From NCBI GenBank assembly GCA_029856365.1, contig JAHQWW010000002.1, positions 1 to 64,000 on the forward strand: DNA of 64,000 bases. The letters run 5' to 3'. The stretch comes from Candidatus Hodarchaeota archaeon. GTDB lineage: Archaea; Asgardarchaeota; Heimdallarchaeia; Hodarchaeales; Hodarchaeaceae. The position numbers were made by a program, and so were the translations under genes. The first letter of the stretch is position 1; each line of letters opens with the position of its first letter. The notes beneath the pieces were generated by a model. The model was not told the origin of the DNA. It saw only the letters and a list, made by a program, of their open reading frames with translations, and ran no database searches. Positions 40,670-51,308 of this stretch are shown here, piece after piece.

Positions 40670-41725
40670 TCATTTATGAAATTTTGCACGTAATTGCCTT
40701 GCAAGAGCTTCGGGGGATTTAATGAGAATTTCATTTCCTAAAAGCTTCTGTAAAAAATAATCATCAGTACGATAATTCTCGTAAACATTCGATCGAGAGA
40801 TAATTCGTACATTAATCCAGAACCATTCTGCTTCCTTGCCAAGGGAGCCTGAAAAGATGGTAAAATTAAAAGTGGAACAACCATTTTCTTCATAGAAAGA
40901 AAGGACATTTGAGATTCCTTCACTGAGAGACAAGGTATCTGCTTGAGACAATTGGAGAAAATTATTTTTTGTTAAGACAATTCCTTGAACTTCATTGCTC
41001 CCTAATGGAGAGAAAGAAGTGATCCATTCAACATCTCCAGTTCTTCCAATGTATCGTTCATCAGAGTTTTTTTCCAACTCAATCAGATCTTTCCAATAAT
41101 TTGAGTGGTTTTCCTTGTAATATTGATGAGATCCCTTAAGTATTTTGGTCAGGAATGTATATGGAGTATCTCCACCTAACACTTGAATATGTGGATGAAC
41201 AGCACTAGCACCAGCGGGGAATAAATAGTTACAATTTATTGTCATAAAGCTATTTGACTGTTTAACGGAAAATACACGTTTAATGAATTCTAAACAAGCC
41301 TGAATCCCATTAGCAAGTATTTTTGGAGTAAAATCACTTAATTTTAAATAGTGAGCTTGAGTGAGAGCACACACCGCATGATATTCGGAAAGTGGAAAAA
41401 GATTAGGGAAAAGAGTAGCTTCGCCAACAATAATCCTTCCTTCGGGTATAATCTCTTGTGAATACTTAGGAGTAACCTCTCTTACTTTATTAGGACACAT
41501 AAAGCAGTTAGCTTGACTTTCTTGGGCTATTTTTTGGATCAGACTTTGATCTGTTTCACCAAAAAACATTTTCGCCTTATCTTCCAATTCTTTTCCAATA
41601 ATACTTTGAGTTCCAGTCAATGGATCTTGACGATGTTCAATAAGGTGAATATCCTCTTGAAAACCTTTTAGGGGATTGAGAAATTTGGATTCTCTTTTAA
41701 TACTTTTAAAACGAATTCTTGGCAA
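40670..41725 (-). CDS. GalT-like (HIT superfamily) nucleotidyltransferase
   Basis: RQDPLTG, CFMC, FPNLFP, AGASAVHPHIQ. Confidence 0.85.
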   Translation of the reverse strand: MPRIRFKSIKRESKFLNPLKGFQEDIHLIEHRQDPLTGTQSIIGKELEDKAKMFFGETDQSLIQKIAQESQANCFMCPNKVREVTPKYSQEIIPEGRIIVGEATLFPNLFPLSEYHAVCALTQAHYLKLSDFTPKILANGIQACLEFIKRVFSVKQSNSFMTINCNYLFPAGASAVHPHIQVLGGDTPYTFLTKILKGSHQYYKENHSNYWKDLIELEKNSDERYIGRTGDVEWITSFSPLGSNEVQGIVLTKNNFLQLSQADTLSLSEGISNVLSFYEENGCSTFNFTIFSGSLGKEAEWFWINVRIISRSNVYENYRTDDYFLQKLLGNEILIKSPEALARQLRAKFHK

Positions 41726-41871
41726 TTCTATCCTTCTTCTAAACTGATGATAATAATCTCGAAAATATTCTGAAATTATAAAGTAATATTTTGAAGCTTA
41801 ACTCTACCTGATTAATAATCGGATTTTTTTCAAATACTTCTAGGTATAATCTGTCTATCAGCCATAATCAG

Positions 41872-42276
41872 GTGATGCAGAAAATGGTCAATTTTGAATT
41901 ATCAATTTTCCAAATCATAAGTATAGGAATCTTTGGATTCATTTTCGGATTATTCGAAACAATTACAAATCTGTTTTATCTGCTAATCAAGAATTATAAT
42001 TTACCAAAAAAACAACATGCAAAAGAATTGCCCATCGACGTGACTGAGACGAAAATTATACAAAAAGTAGTCCAAATGCTAATTCTTGGAGTTACTCTAG
42101 TAATCACAGCAATCATCGCCACAATAATTGCTCCCCAGTTGTTTGTGGTGGGTGCAACCGCAATTCTGATGAATGGATTGATAGGTTATAGTAAATACAG
42201 AAAAAATGATATATTTATTGTGTGGATTGTCATAGCTATCATTTGCGGTGCATCATCATTGATAACGACCGTTTAG
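41872..42276 (+). CDS. Small membrane protein
   Basis: Four hydrophobic segments; GGTGA at the start. Confidence 0.75.
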   Translation: MMQKMVNFELSIFQIISIGIFGFIFGLFETITNLFYLLIKNYNLPKKQHAKELPIDVTETKIIQKVVQMLILGVTLVITAIIATIIAPQLFVVGATAILMNGLIGYSKYRKNDIFIVWIVIAIICGASSLITTV

Positions 42277-42473
42277 ACTAGTTATGATGATAATTCTATA
42301 TTTTTAGTTGTTTTTTTTTCTTTTAGTAGTCATATTAAAATCTCAATGGTGTCGAAATAGCTTTAAATCAATCAAATCAGACTAGATTGACATAATAAGA
42401 AGTAAAAAGATTCCAATATATTGAATCCCCAAATTAAATGTTTTTATATCAATTTTAGGGACGTTAAATTTTT

Positions 42474-42509
42474 TTGCACGTTTCGGAAAGTATAAATATT
42501 TTCGTGCGA
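42474..42509 (+). promoter_or_regulatory. Putative BRE/TATA flanked by an imperfect inverted repeat
   Basis: GGAAAG-TATAAAT (42485-42497) flanked by TTGCACG...CGTGCGA, upstream of a wHTH gene. Confidence 0.35.
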
Positions 42510-42589
42510 CAATTATCTCAAGCTTTGAGAAAATTAAACAAATTGTTCTCAGTACTGTAAAACTCACGATAACAGGATGTATCATCAAA

Positions 42590-42835
42590 ATGTCTAATGT
42601 CTTATCGACAAGTAAGAAGTCATTTGCGAATATGCCTCCTTCATCCCAAAAAGTGTACAATATCATTCAAACGGGAAAACAAATGCGTTTTAAAGATATT
42701 GCATCGCAAACTAAGTACTCTACTCGGACAGTTCGTTATGCCCTTCGTGATTTAAAAGATGCGGGGTTAATTGGACAAATTCCTGACATGATGGATTTAC
42801 GTCGTTGCTATTACATCACACTGAATGTCAGGTGA
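42590..42835 (+). CDS. Small archaeal winged-helix DNA-binding protein (MarR/Lrs14-like)
   Basis: PPSSQKVY...RTVRYALRDL..AGLI...DLRRCYY. Confidence 0.88.
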   Translation: MSNVLSTSKKSFANMPPSSQKVYNIIQTGKQMRFKDIASQTKYSTRTVRYALRDLKDAGLIGQIPDMMDLRRCYYITLNVR

Positions 42836-42905
42836 AGTTCAAATTTTCACAAAACTGTTATATCTTTCTTTTTGTAATCTTTAACAATGGAGAGCTTTAT
42901 TTTTT

Positions 42906-43595
42906 ATGACAAAGATAGAAATGGTTTCCCAGCAAAAAAAGTACCAAGACATTATCGATTACAAACCTACAGTTCTAAAAGTCATTAGCGATGAAGAAAC
43001 CCTTAAAATCCTTTCAGATAACAATTATGAAAAAGTGATGAGAATTTTAAGAAAAAAACCAATGACTGTCCAAGAAATTACGGAAGCTTTCAATGAACTA
43101 GCTAAAACATGTAGTTTCACTGACCAGAAGTCTGATAAATCAATTTACCGTTATTTGAAAGTTCTAGAAGAGCGGGGGATGGTTGCTACAGCTGGTCAGC
43201 GCGTAGTCATGGGGAAAACCGCTACTGAAAAATTATACATGCGTACTGCCCGTGTATTCGAATTAAGATACAAATATATCGATTGGATGGGAAAAGAAGG
43301 AAATGAATGGGCTGAACGGTTCGGAACACTAGTTAGCTACATGCTAGACATCGATCAGGTCCCTTCTGCAAAATGTATACAGGAATTTTTTGCGAAGTGG
43401 AATAAAGCAAGATTAATCGGAACCGAGAAATTGGCCTCAATCGTACCAGATGACGAAATGGAAACCATAACAACATGTGACATAAGAGAATTGACAGAAA
43501 CCTTTGCTCGAGTGTACATCTACAGTACACTTATGAATCATCCCGATTTATTGGAACAGCTCCATAATTGTTTTAAAGGGAAAAAGAAAGCTTAA
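42906..43595 (+). CDS. Winged-helix (ArsR-like) regulator with C-terminal extension
   Basis: LRKKPMTVQEI...SIYRYLKVLEERGMV...KLYMRTA. Confidence 0.8.
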   Translation: MTKIEMVSQQKKYQDIIDYKPTVLKVISDEETLKILSDNNYEKVMRILRKKPMTVQEITEAFNELAKTCSFTDQKSDKSIYRYLKVLEERGMVATAGQRVVMGKTATEKLYMRTARVFELRYKYIDWMGKEGNEWAERFGTLVSYMLDIDQVPSAKCIQEFFAKWNKARLIGTEKLASIVPDDEMETITTCDIRELTETFARVYIYSTLMNHPDLLEQLHNCFKGKKKA

Positions 43596-43647
43596 ATGAG
43601 TGGTAAATTTTAAAGGAAACTATTCATAATAGTCTTACTGACACTCA

Positions 43648-44307
43648 ATGACAACAATCTCATCAGATGGTAATATATGGAGAGAGCGGTCATTACGTTT
43701 TTATATCCACCGATTTCATCAATTTGAATTGAAAATTTTAGCACTGAAACCATTAATAGCAATATTAATGATAGGTAACTTGTGGGGTGCTTTTATTGGT
43801 TTGTTATACTATTATGAGGTGATTGGTCTTACTCAATATTCTCCTGTCTTATGGATATTAATTCCTGATTGCCCTTTAGCGGTATTATTGTTATTGGGCG
43901 TTTATTTTCAATTTGATGATCAACGTTTTTCTAATTTTAATTTTTTTTCATTTATTCAAGGTATTCGGGCAGCGATATTGACTTATTTGATTATTTTAAA
44001 CTTTGGGTCGCTAGATACTGAAATTGTTGTGATCGGTCATTTTTTATTACTTGTTCAAGCAATGGCTATCTTCCCCTTATTGTTAGATATGAAATTCACC
44101 AAAGGAACACTCGTTACCATTAGTATCACATTATTCAATGATATCTCTGATTTTTTCGGAATAATAGGGATAACAGAACCAACTTTAGCCCAGTTACCTA
44201 CCATTCAACCATTATTCTCCCTCTTTGTTATCATAATCTTTGGCTTAGACATCTTTCTTATTTTTGTAGGCTTAGGATTTGCTAGATTTATGAATCAAGA
44301 GTATTAG
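43648..44307 (+). CDS. DUF1405-family membrane protein
   Basis: N..G...G..YY, WILIPDCP, GH, NDISDF. Confidence 0.75.
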   Translation: MTTISSDGNIWRERSLRFYIHRFHQFELKILALKPLIAILMIGNLWGAFIGLLYYYEVIGLTQYSPVLWILIPDCPLAVLLLLGVYFQFDDQRFSNFNFFSFIQGIRAAILTYLIILNFGSLDTEIVVIGHFLLLVQAMAIFPLLLDMKFTKGTLVTISITLFNDISDFFGIIGITEPTLAQLPTIQPLFSLFVIIIFGLDIFLIFVGLGFARFMNQEY

Positions 44308-44390
44308 AAAATCTATCATTGCTATAATGATCAATCTTGAGACGATAGTTATTTAGAATAAGATTCATTGAATCCTTTCATGATTTTTTC

Positions 44391-45371
44391 ATGAGTGTAC
44401 AGCAAAACATCATTCAAGAATTTTTAGATGGCATTTTTAAGGCAGTAAACACCTTCCTCAAGGAAATAGTGGATCCTATCAGTTTTATTTATAAATATTT
44501 CATCTCAGAGGAAGGTTATAATTTCTACAACACAATTGTATATACTGCCATTGGGATTCTTGCTATTCTCATAATTGGTAAAATAATAGTCCGAATAAAT
44601 CAAAAGGGCGTTAAACGATGGGGAGAAGAACAATTCATTCCAATTCAAATGGATTCAGAGTTTTTTGTTTCTATACTCCCTTACATTTTCATTGGTTCAA
44701 CTCTACGTGCTTTACAAGACATCGCTGATCAAAATAAGATTATCTCCCCCTATGAAATCTTTGGACTCAGACTTTTTGTAACACCCTATGTTTATGTTAT
44801 TACTATTCTTTTAACGTTAACAGTGGGACTCATCTCGATCTTTATCTCTCAAGAATACCTGAAAGATGTGCAGCGATTTTCAAATTGGAGGAATACATTT
44901 TTAACGATTGGAATAATAATTGAAATCATTCTATTCTTTCCAATTATTTTTTTACTTACAGACCCTTATTACATTGGTGGTGGTGTGATTATATTAGTCT
45001 TATCAGGTATATTCGGGGTACTATTCCATTTTATAGCGACTCGGGTATCACAATGGTATCTTCCAGAGGTGATTGTTCAGAGAGAAGAAATTTTAGCAAT
45101 GATAACTCAAATGTTTGATGCTTTCAATACCGTCATCGCTATAGAATTCTTTAATTATCAAGAGAAACATTATTTACCTTCTATTTTGTTTAATACTCCA
45201 TGGGGAGCCTGGCCTTTCTTAGGTTTAAAATTTGGAATAGTATTATTATTTATTTATGTAGTTCGAGGAGTCGAACAAAAGGATATCCAAAAATGGCTTC
45301 TGTGGGTAGTATTTCTCCTGGGGCTTGCCACTGGCACAAGGGACTTTCTTCGGTTAATAACCAATACTTGA
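44391..45371 (+). CDS. DUF63-family archaeal membrane protein
   Basis: GYNFYNTIVY, GSTLRALQD, FVTP, QMFDA, YQEKH, LGLATGTRD. Confidence 0.88.
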   Translation: MSVQQNIIQEFLDGIFKAVNTFLKEIVDPISFIYKYFISEEGYNFYNTIVYTAIGILAILIIGKIIVRINQKGVKRWGEEQFIPIQMDSEFFVSILPYIFIGSTLRALQDIADQNKIISPYEIFGLRLFVTPYVYVITILLTLTVGLISIFISQEYLKDVQRFSNWRNTFLTIGIIIEIILFFPIIFLLTDPYYIGGGVIILVLSGIFGVLFHFIATRVSQWYLPEVIVQREEILAMITQMFDAFNTVIAIEFFNYQEKHYLPSILFNTPWGAWPFLGLKFGIVLLFIYVVRGVEQKDIQKWLLWVVFLLGLATGTRDFLRLITNT

Positions 45372-45548
45372 ACTACTGATTTTTAGCAATAGAATCCCTT
45401 TTCTAACCATCTGTTTCCTTCACACTACGTTTTAATTGTGATTTTTGAAGAAAATTAGGTGAATTTTTGATTTTATCTCTTTCTTTGCGCTATAAATCAA
45501 CCACGTGATAAGTATGGGAATGTTTTTACCTTATCAACTCTTAAGGCA

Positions 45549-46454
45549 TTACTCTGAAAACACACAGGGAAGAATGATATTAATAGAATTTTGAGTCATC
45601 CACAAACGACTATTGAAATAAGAGGTGAAAAATCGAAGATAATGTGCAACTAATGTAAATCCTTGGGTAGTAGCTAATAAAGAGTTGTTTGGAACGTTGA
45701 AACTTACCCCAACGGAAAATTTATTTATTATTTCCACTTCAATAGTGAGTGGAACTCCATGAAGCCATGTTAGAAGAGTAGAAAAGATATTCTCTGGAAA
45801 ATGAGAGCCACCCCAAATTTCAGGATTAGAAGTTGTAAAATTGTCTGTGGTTAAAGATGAAACCATATTAAGTTGTGAAGCAAAAGAGTTTCGAAGGTAT
45901 TGAAAACTCGTTCTAAGGACTTCCGATAACGCAATAGGATATAGGGCTGGAGGTTTAAGGAGTAGTTGTATTAGATCAGAGACAATAATTGTTAATATCT
46001 TTTGTCTATATGCTGCACGGCTAAACCTTTGTACTACTTTCTGATCCATAGATTCCATACTTTTCAGTAGATAATGACTTAAATCCATTAAAAGAGAGCT
46101 AGTACGCAGTTCGTAAGTGAGGTCATCAACCCAATTTTCAATAATCGAAGAGAGGGATGGTAGTACCGAGGAATAAAAGATCTTGAATGATCTAAGTGAG
46201 ATAGAATGAAGGTCTAGATGAAGTGAAAAAAGTGCTTTATTACTAATTAAACGAGTACTAGGATGAATACCACTCATTTGAGCAAATGTTTGTGTAAAAT
46301 AAAAAACATCTTCATGATCAGCAGAAAGAATGATAAAAGGATTAAAAGGTTGAGAGTAAATAGTTGAAATATTATTACGCCTATTAACTTCTGTCATCCA
46401 CAATGGAGTATTTATATGTTGATTATCAGTTACTTTTGGATTAAGGTTTTTCAT
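45549..46454 (-). CDS. Hypothetical protein resembling a highly degenerate HisKA-HATPase
   Basis: DLSHYL (H-box-like), IALSEVL, PENIFSTLL (N-box-like), GFTLVAHYLRFFTSYFNSRLW (G2-like), IILP end. Confidence 0.55.
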   Translation of the reverse strand: MKNLNPKVTDNQHINTPLWMTEVNRRNNISTIYSQPFNPFIILSADHEDVFYFTQTFAQMSGIHPSTRLISNKALFSLHLDLHSISLRSFKIFYSSVLPSLSSIIENWVDDLTYELRTSSLLMDLSHYLLKSMESMDQKVVQRFSRAAYRQKILTIIVSDLIQLLLKPPALYPIALSEVLRTSFQYLRNSFASQLNMVSSLTTDNFTTSNPEIWGGSHFPENIFSTLLTWLHGVPLTIEVEIINKFSVGVSFNVPNNSLLATTQGFTLVAHYLRFFTSYFNSRLWMTQNSINIILPCVFSE

Positions 46455-46635
46455 AGTATTTACTCTCAGTTATATCAAAAATTTTAATGTTCAATTGGAT
46501 TTCTAAACAATTTTTTCGCGAATTGAAATCCTGTGTCTTTTGAATCTTCAAGTAAATTTGTGTTTAGTATGAGGAAGATATTTGAAGAATGCTCGAACAA
46601 AATATCTAACAAGTATTTATGTCTTGGTAAAGATA

Positions 46636-48024
46636 ATGGATCCTGAGATACAAGACTTTATATTAGAGTTATCGAAGAAAATTATTCCTGAAATCGAAAG
46701 AATCGCGAAAACTTATACAAGGGATCCTGAGGAAGGTTTCTCTGTTTATCTTGACTTTATAAAGAGAATAAGACCTTCTCTAGAGAAAATAATCTTAGAA
46801 GGATTAAGAGATCCTCTGGAGGTAGGTCATATTTCCTCTAGGCTATTAAGAGACCCTCTCGACACGAAGTTCATGAAACAAAGAAGATCTGCTGAAGAAA
46901 AAGAAGCACATGTAGTGGGATATCTCAAAGCAATATTACAACTTGTTTATTGCGGAGTGAAAGGATTAGAGGGATGGCAATTCTCTGACACACCTTTACA
47001 TAAGGAGAGTCTAAGAACACAAAGCATTGGGAAGATCCATGTTATACCAACGATTGTACAAATTGTCAAACAGGAAATTGAAGAAAAAAATTCGCCTGAG
47101 CAATTCAAGGATAAAATAAAGGATGATCAGTTGAGAGAGGTTGATGTAACACAAACAAGATTTCAGAAGGAACAGAAGTTTGAGTATCTCTATCGGACAA
47201 CTGATAACGAGAATACCACAATCCCTTTCACGGCCCGTCTCATGGCCTACTACCGAGCGCAAGAATGTATTAGTGATTCCCCCCTTATTATTGATCCTTT
47301 CGCAAAACAACTCGCAGGTGACATGACTTCTTATGCCAACAAACACAAATTCGTTGTTAATAGGGGTGACTATCCACTCGTACGTTCATATTATATCGAA
47401 AAATACCTATTAACCCCCTGGTGTAACAGAAATGCGAAATCACAGATCGTTCTTCTTGGAGCAGGCTTGGATACCCGTGCATATCGATTCAAACCCCTTC
47501 AAACACATTCCCACACCATTTTCGAAATAGATTATAGTACATTAATCAATTACAAAGATGAAATCTTGCATGGTGAACAGCCGCTTTGTGATCTTGTACG
47601 TTTATCTGCGGATCTTTCTAGCCCCGAGTGGACATTTCTTCTAACAGAAAATGGTTTCTCGAAAGATATTCCTTCATTCTGGATATTAGAAGGGCTAATT
47701 TATTACATGGAACAAAATTTGGTTATATCTTTACTCAAGAAGATTGCTGAGATAAGTACTGAAACCAGTCAAATCTTTATGGACATTTGCATTCCTGCCC
47801 TTGCAGATCTTGTATTCGGTCCATTTACTAGGCACTTCAAATGGGGTCTTGACAAAAAAGCTGTACCCTCGTTCTTTGCAGCAGTAGGATGGGATGTTAC
47901 ATGTTCTTTTGCTGATGATCATGATCAAGGACGAGATGTCGGACAACGGGGGCTTATTTTTGTTCAGGGGACACGAGCAAGTTCTGTGTCGCTAGGCTTA
48001 CCATCTTCTCGTTTAACACGTTAA
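46636..48024 (+). CDS. LCM-family (leucine carboxyl methyltransferase-like) SAM methyltransferase with N-terminal extra domain
   Basis: TARLMAYYRA, DPFA, QIVLLGAGLDTRAYR, FEID, ADL, EGLIYY; ATG 46636 preferred over TTG 46582. Confidence 0.88.
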   Translation: MDPEIQDFILELSKKIIPEIERIAKTYTRDPEEGFSVYLDFIKRIRPSLEKIILEGLRDPLEVGHISSRLLRDPLDTKFMKQRRSAEEKEAHVVGYLKAILQLVYCGVKGLEGWQFSDTPLHKESLRTQSIGKIHVIPTIVQIVKQEIEEKNSPEQFKDKIKDDQLREVDVTQTRFQKEQKFEYLYRTTDNENTTIPFTARLMAYYRAQECISDSPLIIDPFAKQLAGDMTSYANKHKFVVNRGDYPLVRSYYIEKYLLTPWCNRNAKSQIVLLGAGLDTRAYRFKPLQTHSHTIFEIDYSTLINYKDEILHGEQPLCDLVRLSADLSSPEWTFLLTENGFSKDIPSFWILEGLIYYMEQNLVISLLKKIAEISTETSQIFMDICIPALADLVFGPFTRHFKWGLDKKAVPSFFAAVGWDVTCSFADDHDQGRDVGQRGLIFVQGTRASSVSLGLPSSRLTR

Positions 48025-48032
48025 TAACACTG

Positions 48033-49343
48033 TTAGATGTATTGAAGCACTGAATTTGGGTATCGTTTTTTCATCTGTTGAAATATCACACAGGCAGGGT
48101 ATAAAATGACAAGGCCTATTATCCAGACAATCAATGTTACTAGGAGGGAAAGAAATAGCATATCAGCGAATATTTTACCTATAAATGCATAATGTGTTGG
48201 TTCACCATACAACAAGACACTCATCAGAAATGGTACAGCACCATAAATGAGTAAATGAATGCTATAAAAGAAGAGTGGTGTAGATCCGAATAGAACGATT
48301 GGTAATGTCCACTTCTGGAACCAATCTTGATCCTGAAAATAGAATGAAAAAGAGAGAACGAGGCACATACCACCCAGAGTCCAAAGAAGGAAACCAATAC
48401 TCGGAGGGTACTTTGCTAAAAGGAAAAATGTCTCTATTGTGAAAGCATCGGGTCTTAAAACACCATTAGCTTCCCAAATTCCCAGATAGTTAATTGGCCA
48501 CCCTTGTAAGAGTCTCAAGATGAAGAACATGCCAATAGTGGTACCCCCAACTATTGCGAGTCGCTTTGCAATGAGATGATTGTCTTCTGGTATTTGTTGT
48601 TTGCGTAACCAATGGCCAAAAACAAAGCCCAAACCCATAACCCCAAGCCATGGATCAAGCGGGTACAAACCATTTGGCCAATTTGGCCAAAAGGAGACTG
48701 TTAAAAGATAATCCCGTATGCCCACTGGTAACTGGTTAAAAATGATCCCCCAATAAAATATTGATATATTTCTTCCTGAGAGTCCCATTATAAAACTATC
48801 AATGAGAGGTTCCAAGAATAAAAATAGGGATAAGCCTAATATGATTTTCCATGAAACCTGTCGAGCAAAAGCAAAAACAATGAATCCAACACCAATGAGG
48901 GCAAGGACACCAAAATAAAAGGGTGAAGCATGAAATGCCCAAGCAATAACAGTCCATTCGATCAGGAGTAGGATTAATCCCCGAATGACGAGATGTTTGG
49001 TTATTTCATTTTGAGAAACTTCTCTTTCTAGGCGTCTAGCTTCAAAAAGTACTATTGAAGTGCCAGCCAAGAAAACAAAGGTCGGAGCACACCAATGTGT
49101 CACAAAACGAACCAAAAAGTTCAGAAGATCAGGAAAATTAGGCCGATAGAAATTTGTAAACGCACCTGTTTCTTCACTCCAAGATGTTAACCCCTCACCT
49201 GCTGTTCTTCCAACATTCCAGTAAGTTGATGCATGATCAAGAGCCATTAATATGATAGCCAATCCACGAACAAAATCAATTGCGGGGATACGAGGTGTTG
49301 AAACAATTTTCGATATCTGTTCATTTTTAACCAAATTGGACAT
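48033..49343 (-). CDS. DUF1624 / HGSNAT-catalytic-domain-like membrane acyltransferase
   Basis: RIPAIDFVRGLAIILMALDH, THWCAPTFVFLAG, KYPPS, FFYSIH. Confidence 0.88.
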   Translation of the reverse strand: MSNLVKNEQISKIVSTPRIPAIDFVRGLAIILMALDHASTYWNVGRTAGEGLTSWSEETGAFTNFYRPNFPDLLNFLVRFVTHWCAPTFVFLAGTSIVLFEARRLEREVSQNEITKHLVIRGLILLLIEWTVIAWAFHASPFYFGVLALIGVGFIVFAFARQVSWKIILGLSLFLFLEPLIDSFIMGLSGRNISIFYWGIIFNQLPVGIRDYLLTVSFWPNWPNGLYPLDPWLGVMGLGFVFGHWLRKQQIPEDNHLIAKRLAIVGGTTIGMFFILRLLQGWPINYLGIWEANGVLRPDAFTIETFFLLAKYPPSIGFLLWTLGGMCLVLSFSFYFQDQDWFQKWTLPIVLFGSTPLFFYSIHLLIYGAVPFLMSVLLYGEPTHYAFIGKIFADMLFLSLLVTLIVWIIGLVILYPACVIFQQMKKRYPNSVLQYI

Positions 49344-49599
49344 AATTCCTCACGTTTGATATTTCAACTATCTAAATAAACCAGTTTTAAGGTGTTTGAT
49401 GTTATAAACATTGATTGTTAGGAAATGCTTTTTGAAAGTTTAGATAGGGGGAGCTGATGAAACAGGAACTTCAATTATAGCATTATACAGACATAAAGGG
49501 GGTTTGATTAAATTCAAACAAAAAAAATTCTAAGTATTAGAGTGAATAGACTTCAATGAAATAAGTTAAATATCATTTAAAGCTCAAAATAATCCACTT

Positions 49600-51255
49600 T
49601 TGAAGGTGAAATTCTTGGCTTTCAAGTGGTTTCAAAGAAATTCCTTTGTTGTATTTGTTCTGGTCATACTATTCTACCCTTGGATAATACAAAAATCATT
49701 AGAAATTCCACCTAAGGCTATTCAACAAAGTAAACTATCTAAATTCAATATTTCTAATAAAATAAATCAAGCAACAGATGATCTTGAAAATGTCCTCTCT
49801 ATTACCCATCATGATCCCGTAACAGCCCAAGCAGGGTTGACAATTTTCGGTCTATGGCGAGTATCGAATCCTACTGTTGAACATTTCATTGAATCAATGA
49901 TCGTCATTACTGATATGAAGGGGAATATTAAATCTATACAACAGTTCCCAATGGAAACTGGCGGTGGAGGCCTTGTGTGGGATCCAGAATTCATCAATTC
50001 CACCACTTTTGTCTATATTCTGTCACCTAATAACCTTCAACTTTATAACATTCATACAAAAAACACTGAAGTTCTTCCTATTTCTCCTGGTCATCATGAC
50101 GTGGAATATAATCCTATTACAGATACATTTCTCACTGTTTATTTCACTCATTATGGATACTATCTGGATAAACCCTTATTATTTGATGATATATATGAAC
50201 ATGATCGTAATGGGAATGTAGTTTGGTTCTGGAACAGCAGCATCCATATCCCATTCAATGAAACAGAATTTACTAATGAATCTGCTTTTGAACGATTCCA
50301 ATGGACTCATGCAAACACTATCTTTTGGGACATTGAAGAACAAGCCATCTACTATAATTGTAGACATCTAGATACCTTTTATAAAATTAATTATCCCAGT
50401 GGGGAGATTCTTTGGGCAGCAGGAAGATTAGGCAATTTAAAGATGTTTGATAAACAAGGTAATGAAAAAAAGAGTTTGTTTTATCATAGCCACGCCGTGG
50501 AAGTAATTGGTCCTAATCAGTATATTATATTCGATAACGATTATTTTAATATCACTCGAGAAAATCCTAGGGAATCAGCAGGAATTTCTCGCATGATCGA
50601 AGTCGTCGTTAATGAAGAAACTATGACGATGAATGAAACATGGTCGTGGTTAGCACCAACAGATTATTTTGGTGAGGTTTGGGGGGATGCTGACCGCTTG
50701 CCTAATGGAAATCGATTAGGAACGTTCGGTGTCCCTAACCATCCTGCTTATATTACTGAAGTAGACTCCCAAGACAATATCGTCTGGGAACTAGCACTTG
50801 AACAAGGTAAATGGGATTATTTGGGAATCTATAATGCTGATCGGTTTTTTGAAGCTCCTTTAGTAAAAGTTGATCAAACAGATTTCACTCTGGCTTCAGA
50901 TGAGGATTTAATATTACAAGTGAGGATATGGGATACATTTAACACTAGAATTACTAGAAAGGGATCTTTAACTATAGAAGAGAAGAATGAAGTCTTAGAA
51001 TCAGTTGACTTCGAATTTCTACCCCATTGGCAAGAAACTCGCATTAATGTAAGTATCCCTTCACTTAGAAATATTAGCCGAATACTGAATCTTATCATAA
51101 CGAATGAAGATGGCCTCAGTACAAACATCCCCATTATAATTAATGGAGGAAAATCAGAAGTAACACCATTTGAAATCACCCCCATCGTAATTGGGTTTCT
51201 TTGCATTGCTTCAATACGTGTAATTAGAACAAAGAGAAAATCGAAAAAAAGATAA
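49600..51255 (+). CDS. Aryl-sulfate sulfotransferase (ASST)-family surface protein with C-terminal membrane anchor
   Basis: N-terminal hydrophobic segment; HHD, WTHAN, HSH, FDN, GDADRLPNGN; tail TPFE + TM + RTKRKSKKR. Confidence 0.88.
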   Translation: MKVKFLAFKWFQRNSFVVFVLVILFYPWIIQKSLEIPPKAIQQSKLSKFNISNKINQATDDLENVLSITHHDPVTAQAGLTIFGLWRVSNPTVEHFIESMIVITDMKGNIKSIQQFPMETGGGGLVWDPEFINSTTFVYILSPNNLQLYNIHTKNTEVLPISPGHHDVEYNPITDTFLTVYFTHYGYYLDKPLLFDDIYEHDRNGNVVWFWNSSIHIPFNETEFTNESAFERFQWTHANTIFWDIEEQAIYYNCRHLDTFYKINYPSGEILWAAGRLGNLKMFDKQGNEKKSLFYHSHAVEVIGPNQYIIFDNDYFNITRENPRESAGISRMIEVVVNEETMTMNETWSWLAPTDYFGEVWGDADRLPNGNRLGTFGVPNHPAYITEVDSQDNIVWELALEQGKWDYLGIYNADRFFEAPLVKVDQTDFTLASDEDLILQVRIWDTFNTRITRKGSLTIEEKNEVLESVDFEFLPHWQETRINVSIPSLRNISRILNLIITNEDGLSTNIPIIINGGKSEVTPFEITPIVIGFLCIASIRVIRTKRKSKKR

Positions 51256-51308
51256 CTTACTGAATTTTAAACTAAAAAGTTTTTCTTTAAACTATTAATA
51301 GTTTTATA

